This document shows, piece by piece, positions 62,674 to 64,000 of a DNA stretch of 64,000 nucleotides (position 1 is its first letter; each line of letters starts with the position of its first letter). Both the position numbers and the translations under genes were made by a program. Source of the DNA: Candidatus Woesearchaeota archaeon. GTDB lineage: Archaea > Nanobdellota > Nanobdellia > Woesearchaeales > 21-14-0-10-32-9. Under the pieces are notes generated by a model. The model did no database searches, was not told the origin of the DNA, and worked only from the letters and a program-made list of their open reading frames with translations. The stretch is from positions 6,415 to 70,414 of the forward strand of contig JAHKLZ010000044.1 of the NCBI GenBank assembly GCA_020854775.1, given 5' to 3'.

Positions 62674-64000
62674 ATGACCCAAAACGAAAAAAATCACGAA
62701 AACAATGAAGAAAAACCAATCGCAGACAAAATAATAAACCAAGTCATAGAAGACGAAATGAAAAACGCGTACCTAGATTATTCTATGTCAGTAATAGTAG
62801 GAAGAGCACTACCAGACGTAAGAGACGGACTAAAACCAGTACACAGAAGAATACTATACGCAATGAACGACTTAGGAATAAAATGGAATTCACCATACAA
62901 AAAATGCGCAAGAATCGTAGGGGAAACCCTAGGTAAATACCACCCACACGGAGACAGCGCAGTATACGATTCACTAGTAAGAATGGCACAACCATTCTCA
63001 CTAAGATACATGCTAATACAAGGACAAGGAAACTTCGGATCAGTAGACGGAGACAGCGCAGCAGCCATGCGTTACACAGAAGCAAGAATGGCAAAAATAT
63101 CAGAAGAACTACTACAAGACATAGACAAAGAAACAGTGAAATTCGTAGAAAACTTCGACGGAAGCCTAACAGAACCAAACGTACTACCAAGCAAAATACC
63201 AAACCTACTAATAAACGGAAGCACAGGAATCGCGGTAGGAATGGCAACTAACATACCACCTCATAACCTAAAAGAAACATGCTCAGCAGTAATCGCACTA
63301 ATAGACAATCCAGACATCACAACACAAGAAATATTAGAACACGTTCAAGGACCAGACTTCCCAACAGGAGGAATAATACAAGGCAGAAACGGATACTTGC
63401 AAGCAGCAACAACAGGAAGAGGAAAAGTAACAACGAAAGCAAGAATCCAAGAAGAAGAAACCAAAAAAAACGCACGACTAGTAATAACAGAAATACCATA
63501 CATGGTAAATAAATCAAACTTAATAATACAAATCGCGGACTTAGTAAAAGAAAAAATAATAGAAGGAATATCAGATTTAAGAGATGAATCAGACAGAAAA
63601 GGAATGCGCATAGTAATAGAACTAAAAAAAGACGCAAACATAGAAGTAATAAAAAACTTATTATACAAACACTCAAGATTACAAGAAACATTCGGAATAA
63701 TATTCCTAGCACTAATAAATAACCAACCAAGAATATTCACACTAAAAGGATTATTAGAAGAATTTGTCAGTCACAGAAAAGAAGTAGTAACTCTAAGAAC
63801 AAAATATGACTTAAAAAAAGCAGAAGATAAAGCACACGTCCTAGAAGGATTACTAATAGCTCTGAATAACATAGACGAAGCAATAGAAATAGTAAAAAAT
63901 TCATCATCAGCATCAGACGCAAAACAATCACTAATAACAAGATTTGAATTAACAGAAATACAAAGCCAAGCAATACTGGACATGAAATTACAAAAAATTG
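62674..64000 (+). CDS. gyrA: DNA gyrase subunit A, N-terminal part (3' end outside window)
   Basis: Open frame from the ATG at 62674 (AGGTG 5 nt upstream) to the window end. [55 protein letters not shown] and [10 protein letters not shown] (catalytic Tyr) blocks. Not in the ORF track because it has no stop in the window. Confidence 0.95.
   Translation, partial: MTQNEKNHENNEEKPIADKIINQVIEDEMKNAYLDYSMSVIVGRALPDVRDGLKPVHRRILYAMNDLGIKWNSPYKKCARIVGETLGKYHPHGDSAVYDSLVRMAQPFSLRYMLIQGQGNFGSVDGDSAAAMRYTEARMAKISEELLQDIDKETVKFVENFDGSLTEPNVLPSKIPNLLINGSTGIAVGMATNIPPHNLKETCSAVIALIDNPDITTQEILEHVQGPDFPTGGIIQGRNGYLQAATTGRGKVTTKARIQEEETKKNARLVITEIPYMVNKSNLIIQIADLVKEKIIEGISDLRDESDRKGMRIVIELKKDANIEVIKNLLYKHSRLQETFGIIFLALINNQPRIFTLKGLLEEFVSHRKEVVTLRTKYDLKKAEDKAHVLEGLLIALNNIDEAIEIVKNSSSASDAKQSLITRFELTEIQSQAILDMKLQKI

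Noticed and set aside
1-64000. Alternative genetic code or stop-codon reassignment, considered because of the extreme composition.
   Set aside because: All large conserved genes (polC, gyrA, secY, pheT, aCPSF1 and the r-proteins) are intact single ORFs under the standard code. They end at TAA, TGA or TAG at the expected lengths.

Overview
This window is a very gene-dense, AT-rich archaeal chromosome segment. From gene content I infer a small-genome, DPANN-like archaeon. Supporting genes are Orc1/Cdc6, PolD, Topo VI, RadA/RadB, aCPSF1, Pelota, an archaeal r-protein supercluster, intron-containing tRNAs and a stand-alone 5S rRNA.

Layout:
- metK (partial) and aIF2-beta.
- A 1-kb almost pure A/T non-coding block (914-1912) that I interpret as oriC.
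- cdc6, then PolD small and large subunits.
- pheS, a LOG-like gene and pheT on the minus strand.
- TrmB, then pelota coupled to an ArmA/FmrO-like rRNA methyltransferase.
- TRAM, NOP2/Sun and LigT.
- A PC4-like ssDNA-binding gene followed by radA.
- glk, Nudix, NFACT-N, a GT2 glycosyltransferase, 5S rRNA, radB and uS2.
- top6B/top6A, trpS, NMD3, signal peptidase, tRNA-Pro, mgtE, aCPSF1, proteasome beta and scpA.
- tRNA-Leu(TAG, intron), Nudix, a KH protein, RIO kinase, tRNA-Ser and aCPSF2.
- A Q/N-rich plus coiled-coil three-gene cluster, then tRNA-Leu(CAA, 114-nt intron).
- The uL3-to-uL15-secY cluster, a DUF106 insertase and TraB.
- A second TrmB, eL14/eL34 and gyrA (partial).

No transposase, integrase, CRISPR array or recognisable defence genes were seen.

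Most notable signals:
1. An oriC-like architecture. Two inverted ORB-like boxes flank an A/T-only region, and the A/T skew changes sign inside that region.
2. An extreme strand-fixed base composition to the right of it. The + strand is about half A and G-poor regardless of gene orientation. Genes on the two strands therefore use near-complementary codon dialects and encode visibly different amino-acid compositions. This also explains the many long antisense shadow ORFs in the ORF track.
3. Several unexpected gene couplings: pelota with the ArmA-like methyltransferase, the PC4-like gene with radA, and pheS-LOG-pheT.
4. K/T/E-rich tails on many ribosomal proteins.
5. Unusual tRNA features: C33 in tRNA-Pro and a long intron in tRNA-Leu.

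All family assignments rest on motif recognition by eye. No searches were run.
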